Positions 24,033 through 36,000 of a stretch of DNA of 64,000 nucleotides are shown in pieces. This stretch comes from Blastocladiella emersonii ATCC 22665 (taxonomy: Eukaryota > Fungi > Blastocladiomycota). Under the pieces are notes generated by a model. It saw only the letters and a program-made list of their open reading frames with translations. It was not told where the DNA came from and made no database searches. How positions within the stretch are numbered: the first letter of the stretch is position 1; every line of letters begins with the position of its first letter. A program made the position numbers and the translations under genes. The stretch lies in contig JANHCV010000004.1 in NCBI GenBank assembly GCA_025594325.1, positions 2,108,001-2,172,000 of the forward strand, written 5' to 3'.

Positions 24033-27000
24033 ATGGGCAACACGGCGAGCCGCGACGCCGAGCGCCTCAAGGCCCGCTACAAGGATGCCATCAAGCCGCC
24101 CGACGGTCTGCCTCACGCCGACGCGGTGCCGTCCGCCACCGCGCACCGCGGGACGCTGGCGACTGCGGTCAGCAGCTCGCCGTCCACGCCGAACGGGCCA
24201 CCGCGGCCGATCCCCGAGGAGCTCCCGATCCCGTGCAAGGAGGACCTCGATGCCGGCCTCGAGATTGTCATGGTACGCTTGCCTCGCACCACGCGTGCAC
24301 CGATCTGGACTTACACGCCGCACAACCCACAGGACGACCTCGGGCTCAGCGAGGACAAGAAGAACGTGATGCGCGCCTTCTCCGACGACCGCAAGTGGAC
24401 GCTGATCCAGTCGCACATCCGCGACCACAAGCCGACGAGCCAGCACCAGATGCCCGAGCTGCTGCTGCTCAAGGAGAACCCGACCGAGGACGTGGTCCGC
24501 AACCTCGTCGTCGTGCTGCGGTCGCGACCCATCAGCTGGATCACGGGCTTCATCAACGCAGGCGGCCTGCGCTGCCTCTTCTCCATGCTCGAGGACCTCG
24601 AGATCCAGTTCCTGCACAACCCCATGGAGGAGCTCGTCATCAAGTGCATCAAATCCATCATGAACAACAAGCCCGGCCTCGCCGCCGTCCTCGAGTCGCT
24701 CGACAATCTCGTCATCATCGCCCTCGCGCTGCGCTCCACCAACCTCAAGGCCAAGACCCTCGTCCTCGAGATCTTTGCCGCGCTGTGCTTCATCCCGGGC
24801 GGCCACAGCCTCGTCCTCGACGCCATGACCATGCTCATGGAGGCGCTCGGCCACGGCAACCGGTTCGACGTGGTCGTCAAGTGCCTGCTCATCGAGGCCC
24901 CCGCCGTCAACCTCGCCGCGTACCAGGGACCCGCCAACAGCCCGACGAGCCCGACCAACGGCGCCTTTTCGATCGCCGGCGGCACCAGCGCCGCGTCCCA
25001 GGCCGCCGCGTCCGCCTCGCCGACGAGCAACGCGGCCATCGCGTCCGTCGTCAGCATGCAGCAGCAGATCGCGGACCTACAGGTGGCCGCCATGGCCTTC
25101 ATCAACGCCATGGTGTGTGGCGGCGGGTCCAAGCCGTCACAGCTCGACCTGCGCATGCACATCCGCTACGAGATGTACGGGTGCGGGATCGAGGAGGCCC
25201 TGTCCAAGCTGCTGTTCCACGACTGCTCGCACGTCGAGCAGCAGATCGACATTTTCGAGTCGGGCGCCGAGGCCGACGAGGCCGAGCTGCTGTCGCGGCT
25301 CGACGCGGCCGCGCTCGACTCGGACGACCTCGCTTCTGTATTCGCCGCGATCCAGTCGTCGGTCGCCAACGCGAAATCGCAACGCCACCTGCTCTCGATC
25401 CTGCGCCACATGGCGCTGCTGCCGTCCAACCCGCACCGCGTCCGCAAGTACTGGGCCGTCCTCGACGCCGTCGTCCAGCAGGTCGTCCTGCAGCGCGCGG
25501 CTGGCGGCGGCGACCCGGACCCCGCCGTCGCCGTCGCCTCGCTGTCCGTCGACGACGTGCTCGCCCGCATCAACGCCGGCGACGCCGACATCGAGGAGAA
25601 GCGCAAGAAGCTGATTCAGCAGGCGCAGCTCGAGATCGCCGAGCTCAAGGACAGGCTCGCCAAGGAGGAGGCCAAGCACAAGGACCACGACGACGAGACG
25701 GCCAAGCTGCGCGCCGAGATCGGCCAGAAGAAGCGCGAGGTCGCCGAACTCGAGCGCATGCTCCGCGAACGCGCGACGAGCGGCGACGAGGCCGCGCGCG
25801 AGCTCGCGCACGTCCAGAAACTCAGTCTCGCCGGGCCGGGTAGCGGCGCGCCGCCGCCCCCGCCGCCTCCACCACCACCTGTCATGGGCCGAGGCGGTGG
25901 TGCTCCCCCGCCTCCACCACCTCCGCCTCCGCCTGTGATGGGGGGCGGCGGCCCGCCACCACCACCTCCTCCACCACCACCACCGCCGATGATGATGGGC
26001 GGCGGGCCCCCTCCGCCTCCTCCACCACCGCCGATGATGGGCAGCGGTCCTCCTCCGCCCCCTCCGCCGCCGCCAATGATGGGCGGGCCGCCCCCGCCCC
26101 CACCACCTCCGCCAATGATGGGCGGCGGGCCTCCTCCTCCCCCGCCTCCGCCACCCATGGGCGGCGGTCCTCCGCCCCCGCCGCCACCACCTCCCGGCAT
26201 GCGCGGCGGCCCACCGCCCCCTCCGCCGCCGCCGATGATGGGCGGCGGTCCGCCCCCACCTCCACCACCTCCCGGATTCGGCGGCGGCCCGCCTCCCCCG
26301 CCACCACCGCCCGGCATGCGCGGCGGCCCGCCACCACCTCCACCCGGTCCTGGCGGCGGTCCGCCGCCTCCGCCACCCGGTCCCGGCGGCCCGCCGCCGC
26401 CGCCCGGCGGGTTCCGGCCCATGGTGCCGCCGCCCGGCGGGTTCCGGCCCATGGTGCCGCCGCCGGGTCCCGCGGCCAAGAAGACGAACCTGTCGAGCAA
26501 GCCGCTGCGCGGGCTCAACTGGTCGAAGCTGCCGCAGCCGAAGGCCGCCGCGACGATCTGGAAGGCGCTCGACGACGCCGAGGTGCACGCAAAACTCGAC
26601 ACGGCCGCGTTCGAGGACCTGTTCGCGGCGGCGACGGCGAAGCCCAAGGGCGCGATCGCGCCGGCCGCCGACGGCGCGGGCATGGGGAGCACGGGGACGC
26701 TCGGCAAGGCGCCCGTGGCGTCGTCGGCGCTAATCAGCGTCGTGGACGCGAAAAAGTCGCAGAACCTCAGCATCCTGCTCAAGCGCGTCAAGGCCGACGT
26801 CGACGCGATCCTGGCGGCGATCCGGCGCGCTGACACGGAGCTGCTGCCCGTCGAGGTGCTCACCGAGATGAACAAGCTGAAGCCCGACGACAACGACGCG
26901 ATCGCGCTCGCGCCCGTGGCGGCCGAGCCCGCGAAACTCGCCATGGCGGACCGGTTCCTGTTCGAGGCGGCGCGGATCCCGCGGTTCGAGCACCGGCTCA

Positions 27001-28323
27001 ACGCCATGATCTTCCGCGGCAACTTTGACGAGACGCTGGGCGACCTCAAGCACAGCGTGCGCGCGGTGCGGCTCGCGAGCGACCAGGTCACGGGCAGCCC
27101 CAAGTTCCGCGAGCTGCTGCGCCTCGTGCTCGGGCTCGGCAACTACCTCAACGCGGGCGCGCGCGGCGGCGCGTACGGGTTCAAGCTCGACGCGCTGTCC
27201 AAGCTCGCCGACGTCAAGTCCAACGCCAACGCCAACGGACGCAAGCACACGCTGCTGCACTACCTGTGCGAGCTCGCCGAGTCGCCAAGGTTCGCGGACG
27301 CGATCGGCGGGTTCGCCGAGCAGCTGTCGGCCGTCGAGCCCGCGTCCAAGGTCACCATCACGACCGTCCGCAGCGCGCTCGGCACCATGAAGAAGGAGAT
27401 CAACACGCTCGGCGGCCTGATCGAGTCCATGGCCAAGGACGCGAACCCGGCCAACGCCGAGTTCGTCACCGCCATGAAGCCGTTCCACGCGACCGCCGAG
27501 ACCGAGTACAAGCAGCTTGACGAGGCGTGGAAGGCCGCCGAGACCGCCTTCGAGGCCGCCGTCAACGCGTACGCCGAGGACCCCAAGGTGATCACCGCCG
27601 AGGAGTTTTTCGGGCAGTTCCACCAGTTCGTCGCCGCCTTCAACACAGCGCACGCCGAGAACGTCGCGTGGGTCCAGAAGGAGGCCGAGAACGCCAAGAA
27701 GGAGGCCGAGAAGAAAAAGAAGGAGGACGAGGCCGCCGCCCGCAAGGCCAAGAAGTCAAACGACGCGCTCGCATCCAACTCGGAGCTCAGCAATGGCAGC
27801 GGTGCCGCCGCCGGGTCCCCGACCTCGCCCGCGGGCAGCACCGGCAGCGCGCCCGGCGGCGGCGACCAGGAACTCGACGCGCTCATCGACCAGGTTAAGT
27901 CCGGCAAGGCGTTCCAGGGGTCCAAGGTGCGCCCGTCGGGCGTGCGCGCCAAGAAGCTCGCGGGCGGCGACGACGCGCGGCCGGGCGGCGGCCCTAGTGC
28001 GACGCTCGCCCCGCCGAGCGAAGGCGACGACGGGAAGGCCGATGGCGGTGACGGCGAGGCCAACGGCGGGACGCCCGGCGTGCGACCACGCGTCATTCGG
28101 CGGTCGCTATCACCTGGTACGTCTCGACTCAGATGTGATCCCGTTTGGAACAAATCTGACCTCGCTCGACCGTGTAGCCGCGCAAGAGAACCGCAAGTCG
28201 CAGGTCGTCAACCGCGTCCGCGGCAAGTCGCGCGGGCGAATGACCGAGGCCGACGTGGACGCGCTGCAGCAGTCGCTCGGGTCGTCCGCGGGATCCGCAG
28301 CCGCGGCGGGGCTCGCAAAGTAG
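24033..28323 (+). CDS. DAAM-like Diaphanous-related formin with predicted N-myristoylation
   Basis: Starts MGNTAS. Contains CIKSIMNN..G...VL, K.LVLEIFAALCFIPGGH.LVLDAM, an FH1 region, FH2 (LNWSKL, GNYLNAG..GGAYGFKLDALSKL.DVKS) and DAD ELDALIDQVKSGKAF. Introns near 24273-24332 and 28117-28178. Confidence 0.93.
25845..26470 (+). repeat. FH1 poly-proline tandem units (MMGGGPPPPPPPPP; PPGGFRPMV x2)
   Basis: About 13 poly-Pro tracts, with a 27-nt exact duplication near 26400-26460. Confidence 0.9.
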
Positions 28324-28567
28324 CGGTTCAACAAAATAAACAATTGCACTGGTAGTCGCGCGTTCGGACAACGAAGAATGTGGCATCCCACGGATCGTAC
28401 AAGCAACTGCATCCGGCCACAGGGCGACGCGACACCACATAGCGAAACTGGTCTCTGAGCATCAGTCGCAAATCCCCTCGATCTCAACGGGAAGAGCTTC
28501 GCCATCCCGTCACTTATGACGTGATATATATGTAGGACTCTACGGCGGTCTATAATTAGTGGGGGGA

Positions 28568-28957
28568 ATGTTTGAAAACAGCGACGAGGAAGCGGAGCGC
28601 GACTGTGGCGCAACGCGTCCGCTCCTTCGCGTGAGGTCCAGCTCGCCTTCCTGGGCCGCATTCTAGAGGAGGTCCCCGACCAGACACAATCGGAGGCACG
28701 ATCGCACCAAAACTAAAAACTAACGTCGACGTTATATTGAAATCCAGAACCTAGTGAACAAATCAATCACGTCACATCGTCTTGAGGTCGATCATGGCGC
28801 GGAACACGCGCTTTCCATCAACGAGAGGAGGTGGAACCACGGTATTGTAGTCAACGTTCCACTCCTCGATGATGACGCCGCGCTCCGTCGGCTCGGGTTC
28901 CGACCATTCCTTGAGATATGTGCTCGAGGCCCGCGTCTGCTTCGGCTGAATGACTGA
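28568..28957 (+). CDS. Possible small spliced gene antisense to the last exon of BTB gene A
   Basis: TATATA at 28525, ATG at 28568, GTGAGG donor at 28631, ACTAAC branch near 28718 and CAG acceptor at 28747. These give an in-frame 90-aa product. Confidence 0.25.
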
Positions 28958-30700
28958 GCAGATGGCTGCGTTGTGAACAGAAGGGCTGACCTGAAAAGTG
29001 CAAGCTCGGATTTGGTACATGGCGATTTGGCGAGGATCGACGTAGGCGTTGGGGGTCTCCTTCACCGATCGTTGTCTAGTCCCAGCGAGTTAGTTTTTGG
29101 ACTGCGCTGAGCGGCACTCGAGTAAAAGACTTGAACGACGCACTGGGACATGCAGACGACGACACGCCCGTTCTTGTCCTTTTCCACTTTGCGCTCAACG
29201 TTGAATTCCCACCAAGACCCAGCAAAGAACGCGGGTCGACTCGCGTAGCGATGCTTCATGTAAGGATCTTTGGTCACGTCAAACTCGATAGAAACGCGAA
29301 ACACGGGAAAGCCGAGCTTGGAGACACACTTTCCAAGCGTCGCATAGTCGTCATCGCTTGAGCCGTCATCGCTCTCCTCCTCTTTGTCGCTTCCTCCATC
29401 CTGCGAGCCGCCGCCACAGTCCTCATCCGCCCCATCATCCATCGTCTCGTCTTCCATCTCATCCTCTTCCATCTCGGACCCGCGCTGCGCATCGGCTTTC
29501 GCGTCCCTGTCGCGTCCGTCCAAGTCTGCACCGCCATCGCTGCCCACATCTGCTTCCACGGTAGAGCCCGAGTCCGGACCAGAGTCCAAGTCAGTACCAT
29601 CCTTGGCGTGGAACCACCCGGCAGGAAGCTCTTTGTCGGATGAACGGCAACCAGTAACGGCAGTGTACATCGCGAAGTGGTCATAGAAGGCCGCCTTGAT
29701 GCACTGCCGGAAGACATGGTCGCGAGTCGCAAGCCGCGAGTTGATGGCTCGGCGCAAGTCGGATTGCGGCATGGTGTAGAACCGCACCAGGCGAAGTAGG
29801 TCTGCGGTGGGCACGTCGAAATCGCACAGGAATTCGTACAGCGCGAGCTCCGAGGATGCAAAGAAATCGTTTTCGCAGAGAACGCGGCGGACGAGCTCCT
29901 CGGGGCACTGCTCAAGGATCGCCCGCGTGACGGGATGCGGACCAAGGTATTTCAGGTGAGCAATGGTCTCATCCAGGAGCTGAGAGACGCGATTTGGGAC
30001 CGTCGTTTCGTTGCAGAACGTCATCACTCGAGAAGCAAGCTTGGCAAAAGTCTTCGACGGCGCGTCAAGCGATGAAGCGCAGTTTGCCAGCAAGCTGAGG
30101 TACGAGTTGCAGCACGCGTCCACGAGCTGCTTGAGATCTGCGTCAGAGAGAGAGAAGAGTCAGTGTCGAGGTTGATGGCAGCGAAATGGATCTTGAAAGG
30201 GCCGCACCAAAGTAGTTCCCGGCTTCGAGGTAGTCGAAAAAGGTATTGGGCGTGATCCGCGATACGATAAGTGTCTCACACCCACCGTACAGCGCAATGA
30301 GAGCCGTCTCCCACGCGAAGAGCGCGCGGCGAGCGAGGCCGTCATTTGCATCGACGTTGCTGCTACCAGAGTCGCTACCGCTCTCGCACTCGTCATCGGC
30401 TGCATCGGCACTTTCGTCGTCGTCCGACAGTGAAAAATCGACGCGAAGCGAGCAACCCTCCGACGGTGTGTGCCAAATGTCGTTGAGGAGCGCGGCGAAG
30501 AACGGGCTTTGAATGAGGACGTCTCGATGAAGCGAATACGTTGTCCCGTGAATCACAATGTCGACGTCCGATTGTGTGCCGCTCTGCGCAAGTTTGCGAA
30601 AGTGGCGAACAAGCGGAAGCGCCACAGGCGTGCACTCGCACTTGGCGGCGAGCGTGTCGCGAAATGACGGTTTTGCATTCGATTCATCAGTTTGCTCCAT
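28772..30700 (-). CDS. BTB/POZ-domain protein, tandem copy A
   Basis: SDVDIVIHGTTYSLHRDVLIQSPFFAALL (BTB), BACK-like helices, an acidic insertion, FFAGSWWEF and YVDPR. Two introns. Confidence 0.85.
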
Positions 30701-31052
30701 GTTCGGTCGCGTTTGAGATTAAAAAGAGTGTGGAATCCAGATGGAGGGTTGTGATCGGGTTGATTATGAAGGGTGCGGTGGTCGGGTTGCTGTGGTGTGA
30801 GACATGGTGCGAGACGCGTCGCGTTATCACGTGTGCTCTTATCGTGCTGGCCGCCGCGCTGTCTCGCAGGGCTGCGCCTCAAACGTGATATCAAGACGCG
30901 TCTCCTGGCGACGATCCGTTCTTCGACATTTTTCTGGGTCAAAACCATGTGCCCAGGAATATGAATGAGGCGCAACAATCAAAGGACGAGAACCTGACAT
31001 GTATTCAAAAACAAACTCCGATCATTCGACGACACGGAGTTTCGCCACCTTG

Positions 31053-32813
31053 TCACATCGTCCTCAGCTCGACCATGATTCGGAAGCACCGTTTACCGCC
31101 AACGAGTGGCGGTGGAACCGAGTTGAAAACTTCAATATCCCAGCCGTCCGAGTTGTTGCCCACGGCGCTAGTGTCCGTCCACTCTTCACAGTGCACGTCG
31201 GTAACCCATGTGTCGGACGGAGCGACAATAGAACAACCCGCCTTGGAGATGGAGGGACAAACCCTGAAGCTGAACGACCGGGTTTCGTACAGGGCTTTTG
31301 CGCGAGGATCGACGTACAGGCTCGGGCCTTTGCAGTTGATGCGATAACTAGACAACCAAGAGTAAGGGTGAGATGAGTATTGCCCGCTGGCACAAGTAAT
31401 CGAGCCTCACGCAGACTCGGCAAGAAACGTACCATGACATGATGAGAACGACGTTGCCGTCCGCGTCATTTTCCTCCTTGGGCGAGAAGCGGAACTTCCA
31501 CCAAGATCCGGCGACAAAATAAGGTCCGCGGTCGTAGTCGCACGACATGTAAGGATCGTCGGTCACATCAAGCTGAATCGGAATTCGGAAGATGGGGGTG
31601 CCAATCTCGCGGACGACTTTGGTAAGTGCGGCGTACGGGTCTGGTTTCGAAGGCTCGCTATCCGCGTCGACATCCATGTCGGCTTCGCCGTCCGTGGACT
31701 CGGAATCGGAGCTTCCCGATGTGTTGCCGTCGTCGAGATCAGGCGCGAACCACCCCTTGGGAAGCCCTTCGTCAGCGGTGTCCGATTCAATGATGGCCGA
31801 CTCGAGCGAGATCTGGTCAAAAGCAGCTGCTTTGACGCTGAGACCAAGCACCGGATCATGGGCCACACGCGACGACCTGAGGACGCGGCGCAGGTCATCT
31901 TGGGGCATGGAGTAAAAACGCACTAGATAGGCAAGCATGTGCGAGGAGATGGCGTCAAACTCGCACAGGAACTTGTAGAGCGTGAACTCCGAGGGCGCGT
32001 AGAATTCGTCATCTTCAAAGACGCGGTGAATCACCTTCTCGGGGCAATGCCGAAGAATTGCGCGGGTGATCCGATGCGGCCCCAGAAACTTGAGATGGGC
32101 GACGGTTGCTTCGAGCAACGAGGCAACGGATTTCGGGACCGTCTTTTCGGTGCAGAAAAGAAGCACACGGGACGCAAGCTTGGCGAAGGGCGTCACGGGG
32201 ACGTCGACGGTTGCAGCGCAGTTCGCAAGCAGGTTGAGGTAAAAGCTGCAGCACGCATTGATGAGCAGGTCGAGACCTACATCCAACAGTAAAGCATTTA
32301 GCACTCGAGGATCGTGTGAAGGAAAAGGCCCAAGGCCACCGTACCAAAGTAGATTCCAGCCTCAACGTGATCGAGAAAGTTATCGTCCGTGACGCGCGAC
32401 GCAACTTGGAATTCGCACCCGCCGTAGAGCGCAACGAGTGCCGTTTCCCACGCGAAGAGCGTGCGCTTCGTGAGACCAAGCGGCGCTTCTTCGTCTTCGT
32501 CGTCGCAACTATCTTCGTCATCGAAGCTGTTGTCAAGACTGAGCGCGAAACCAAGGCGAAGCGCACAGCCCTCGGTGGGCGCGTGCCAAGCGTCATCAAG
32601 AAGCGCAGCGAGGAGAGGGCTCTGCAGGAGGACGTAACGATGCAAGGCATAGGTTTGGCCTTCTAGGACAACGGTGACATCCGATTGAGCGTTGCTTCCC
32701 GCGAGTGACCGAGAGAGGCGGACGATTGGAAGGACGGTCGGCGTGCACTTGCACGCGGTCGCAAGTGTCTCCTGCCAGGAGTTCGGTATGGTCGATGCTT
32801 TCATTTGCTCCAT
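31053..32813 (-). CDS. BTB/POZ-domain protein, tandem copy B
   Basis: SDVTVVLEGQTYALHRYVLLQSPLLAALL, the same exon layout as copy A, FVAGSWWKF, YVDPR and PPPLVGGKRCFRIMVELRTM. Confidence 0.85.
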
Positions 32814-33077
32814 GTTGGACAGTGCCAAGGCCAGGGATTAGTTACATGGAAGCCAGTCGGAGGGAGCCGAGACGGAGACGGCGGCTAACACGAACAAGCG
32901 GTGTGAGACAAAGTGAGCATCACATGTGTGGCGCAGCGCGTCACCTCAACCAACCCTGCTTCAACGAGAGTGTAGAGTTGCGAAGGCGAAAACGAGAGCG
33001 TGGGCCTCGCGAAGGCGGACAGTTTGGCGGAGGGCGCAAACTGCGACAAACCAAGGGATAACCAAAACCGATGCTAT

Positions 33078-36000
33078 TCAAAAATCATCGCTTACACCCC
33101 AAACGCCAACACCCTCACCATCTCGCATCTCGAGCTCCTCCTCGCTCAAATCTCCTCCACCCAGCACACTCCTCACGACCGCCGCCGCGTCCTCGTCCGC
33201 GACCTCGCCCGGCGTCCGACCCGCAACGGCAGCCGCCGCCGCGACAACCGCGCGGTGCTCAGGCTCGAGTCGCGCGAACGCGTCGCCCGCCGCTCGGCCT
33301 TGCTTGCGCATCCACGCCGTACCCGCATCCACGGGCACCGAAGCGACCGCGGCCGCGAGCGTGAGGCGCAGGTCCGCGATCCCGGGCAGCGTGTCAAACA
33401 CGGGCAGCGACATGAGCGCGCGGGCGACGGCAGCAGACTCGACGTCGCGCCACGACTTGGACTGTGGTCCCGCGACAGCGGCGTGTGCGACGAGCGCAGC
33501 GAGAGACGACGGGAGCGACCACCGGTTGGCGATGGTGAGCTTGGACGTCGAAGCCGCGGCGCGCTTGCGCTGGACGCGGACCGGCGCGTCGAGCGAGGAC
33601 TCGACCGTGACCGTGACGGGGTACAGGTCCGAGTCGCCGCCGCCGACGTGTACGGTGCATACCTGCGCCGTGTGCGGGAGCCGCGCGGGGAGGTTGACGC
33701 GCGACGTGGTCCCGTCTGCGAGCTCGACGGTCGCCGTCGCGTTGATCGACCGCGCAGGATTCCCGGCCTCGCGCGCGGTGAGAACGCGGTGCGGGCGGAC
33801 CGCGAGAACCCACAGATGCGCGGCGGTCGGAAGCGCCGACTCGGCATCAAAAGTGGACGCGGGGAACACGCCCGGGTGCGTCGCGGTGAACAGGGCGAGT
33901 GCCGCGACGGGGTCGGACCGCGTGTCAAGCGTGAACTTGCCGCGGCCGAGCGTCAGGAAACCGAGCGCGAGGCTCGCGGCGAGGTGGTGCCGGTACTGGA
34001 TCGCGGTGCCGTACCGCTGTTGCAGCGCGGCGGCGCGATGCAGGACGGCTGGGTGCGCGGTGCCCGCGGCGATGAGCGACGCGTACATGACCAGCTGCGG
34101 CGCCCAGTCGCGCGCGCTCGCGGTCGACAGGCGGTCGTGGAAATCAACAGTTATGTTTTTTGCGGGTGGGTGAGTGCCCGTCAACTTGGACTTTGTGAAT
34201 GGCAAAAGCGTACCCATGCGGCTCCCGCGCTTGGCAAACGCGTCGGCGTAGTGGAGACACGTCTCGATCGCCTCCTCGTTGGCGGTCCCCGCGAACCGCA
34301 GCGCAATCGCGAAGCACGCCGCCGCCTCGACCGCGTCGGCGACCTGCTGCGTCGCCATCTCCCCGGCGTCGCCCTTGACGGCCGAGCGCGCGCGGCGCAC
34401 GAACTCGATCCCGGACCCGATACTGCTCCACCGCACGAGATGCCCGGCGAGCGCACGGTAAAAGGCTGCGTCGGGCGGGACCTCGCTCGATCCCTGGACC
34501 AGCATCCGCGCGACGCCGGCTCCCGCACCCTTCTCGGCCGAGTCAAAGAATGCCCACCCGAGCGCGACGTACGCCGCGGGCGCCGTGAGCGCGGCACTCG
34601 GCTTGTCGGGATCCGTGAGCCCGACGAGCGGCGCGACCCACGCGTGCTTTGCGGACCCGAGCAGGACGAACGCGAACCCGATGCCCGCCGCCATGCGGTA
34701 CGCGTCGCTCGCGGTGTCGAACGTGTCGGCGAGCGCAGCGAGGAGCGCACGGGTGACGCCCGGGTGCCGGTCTCCCGCGCGCGCGTGCAGGATACCCGCG
34801 GCGAGGACGGCCGTGGCGCGGACCACGAGCGGGGTGTGTTCCGTGAGCGCCGCGGGGTTGGTGCCGGGGGCGGCGGCAAACGCGGCGGGGTGCGCGAACG
34901 CGATGAGGCGAAACAGCTGCGGGTCGGCCGACCCGGCCTCGCCCGCAGCGCGGCCGAGCAGGAACGCCGACTCGATGAACGGGTTGTGCTCGCCGAGGAC
35001 GCGCAGGGTAAAGATGGGCGTGACGCCGCGCAGGCGGCCCGTGAGGCCGAGACCGAGCAGCGTGCCCGCCCACGTCGCGACGGGACCCGAGGTGCGGCGG
35101 CGCGACCAGAGCCACGCCTCGATATCGGCGGGCTCCGGGGATCCCGCAAAGTCGAGGGCGAGCGCGTCGGCGACGCCCGCGTGGAAGTTGGGCCACGCAA
35201 AATAGGCTGCAAGGTCCGGGTTGGCGGCGTCGAGCTCAAACGAGTCGCCGGGCACGGGCTCGCCGTCGAGCTTGCTGAAGGTCGCTGAAACGTCGATCCG
35301 GGTCGGCGGCGGGAGCGCATCGATAGCCGTGGTCGTCGTCGTGCTGCCGCCGGTGACTTGCCGTGCGACGTGCACGCGGGCGGTGCGGAACTCGAGCGCC
35401 GAGCGGCCGACGACCACGGCGCACGCGCGCAGAGCAAACGCGTCGGCGAGGTCCTGCTTGATCTGGCGGACGCCCGGGTCGTCGGCGGAGACGGCCGCGT
35501 CCGAAAACGGGTGCGCGAGGACGATCGAGGTGGGCAGGCCGAGGAGCGACGTGACGAGCGCGAGGTGGGACCGCGGCACGGAGCCGGCCGGGTCGGCGGC
35601 AAACTCGTCGTCGTCCGCGCCGTCCGCAGTGGCAGCGGGCTCAGCGGGAGCAGGAGCGAGCTCGGGCCGGCGCAGCAGGTCGACGACGTCGCACGGCACG
35701 CTTCCTCCGGCGGGGAGCGTCGTGTCGCGCGCGAGCTCGACGACGGCGGTAACGACGATGCGCCAGCCCCACGGGAGGCTCGCGATGGCGGCGCGGTTTG
35801 CGCGGTGCATGGCGACGACGTGGTGCATGGCGAGCTCGACGCTCGCGTCCGACACGAGCGCGGTGACGATCGCTTCGAGCGCCGCTGCGACGGGCGCGAC
35901 GTCCGCGTCCACGGACCACGGCTCCAGAGTTCCGCTGCGCGCCGCTTCGATCGCCCACCGCGCGAGATCCAGCGTCTGCGGCTCGTCCGGGTCGACCGCC

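Noticed and set aside
24273-24332. Stop-free 3n introns (formin 60 nt, bZIP 69 nt, GPCR-B first intron) as a special phenomenon
   Set aside because: They have canonical GT-AG ends, and stop-free 3n introns are expected by chance in short GC-rich introns.
28580-28632. Imperfect GC hairpin as a structured ncRNA
   Set aside because: It is short, imperfect and unsurprising at this GC content. No known RNA family motif was recognised.
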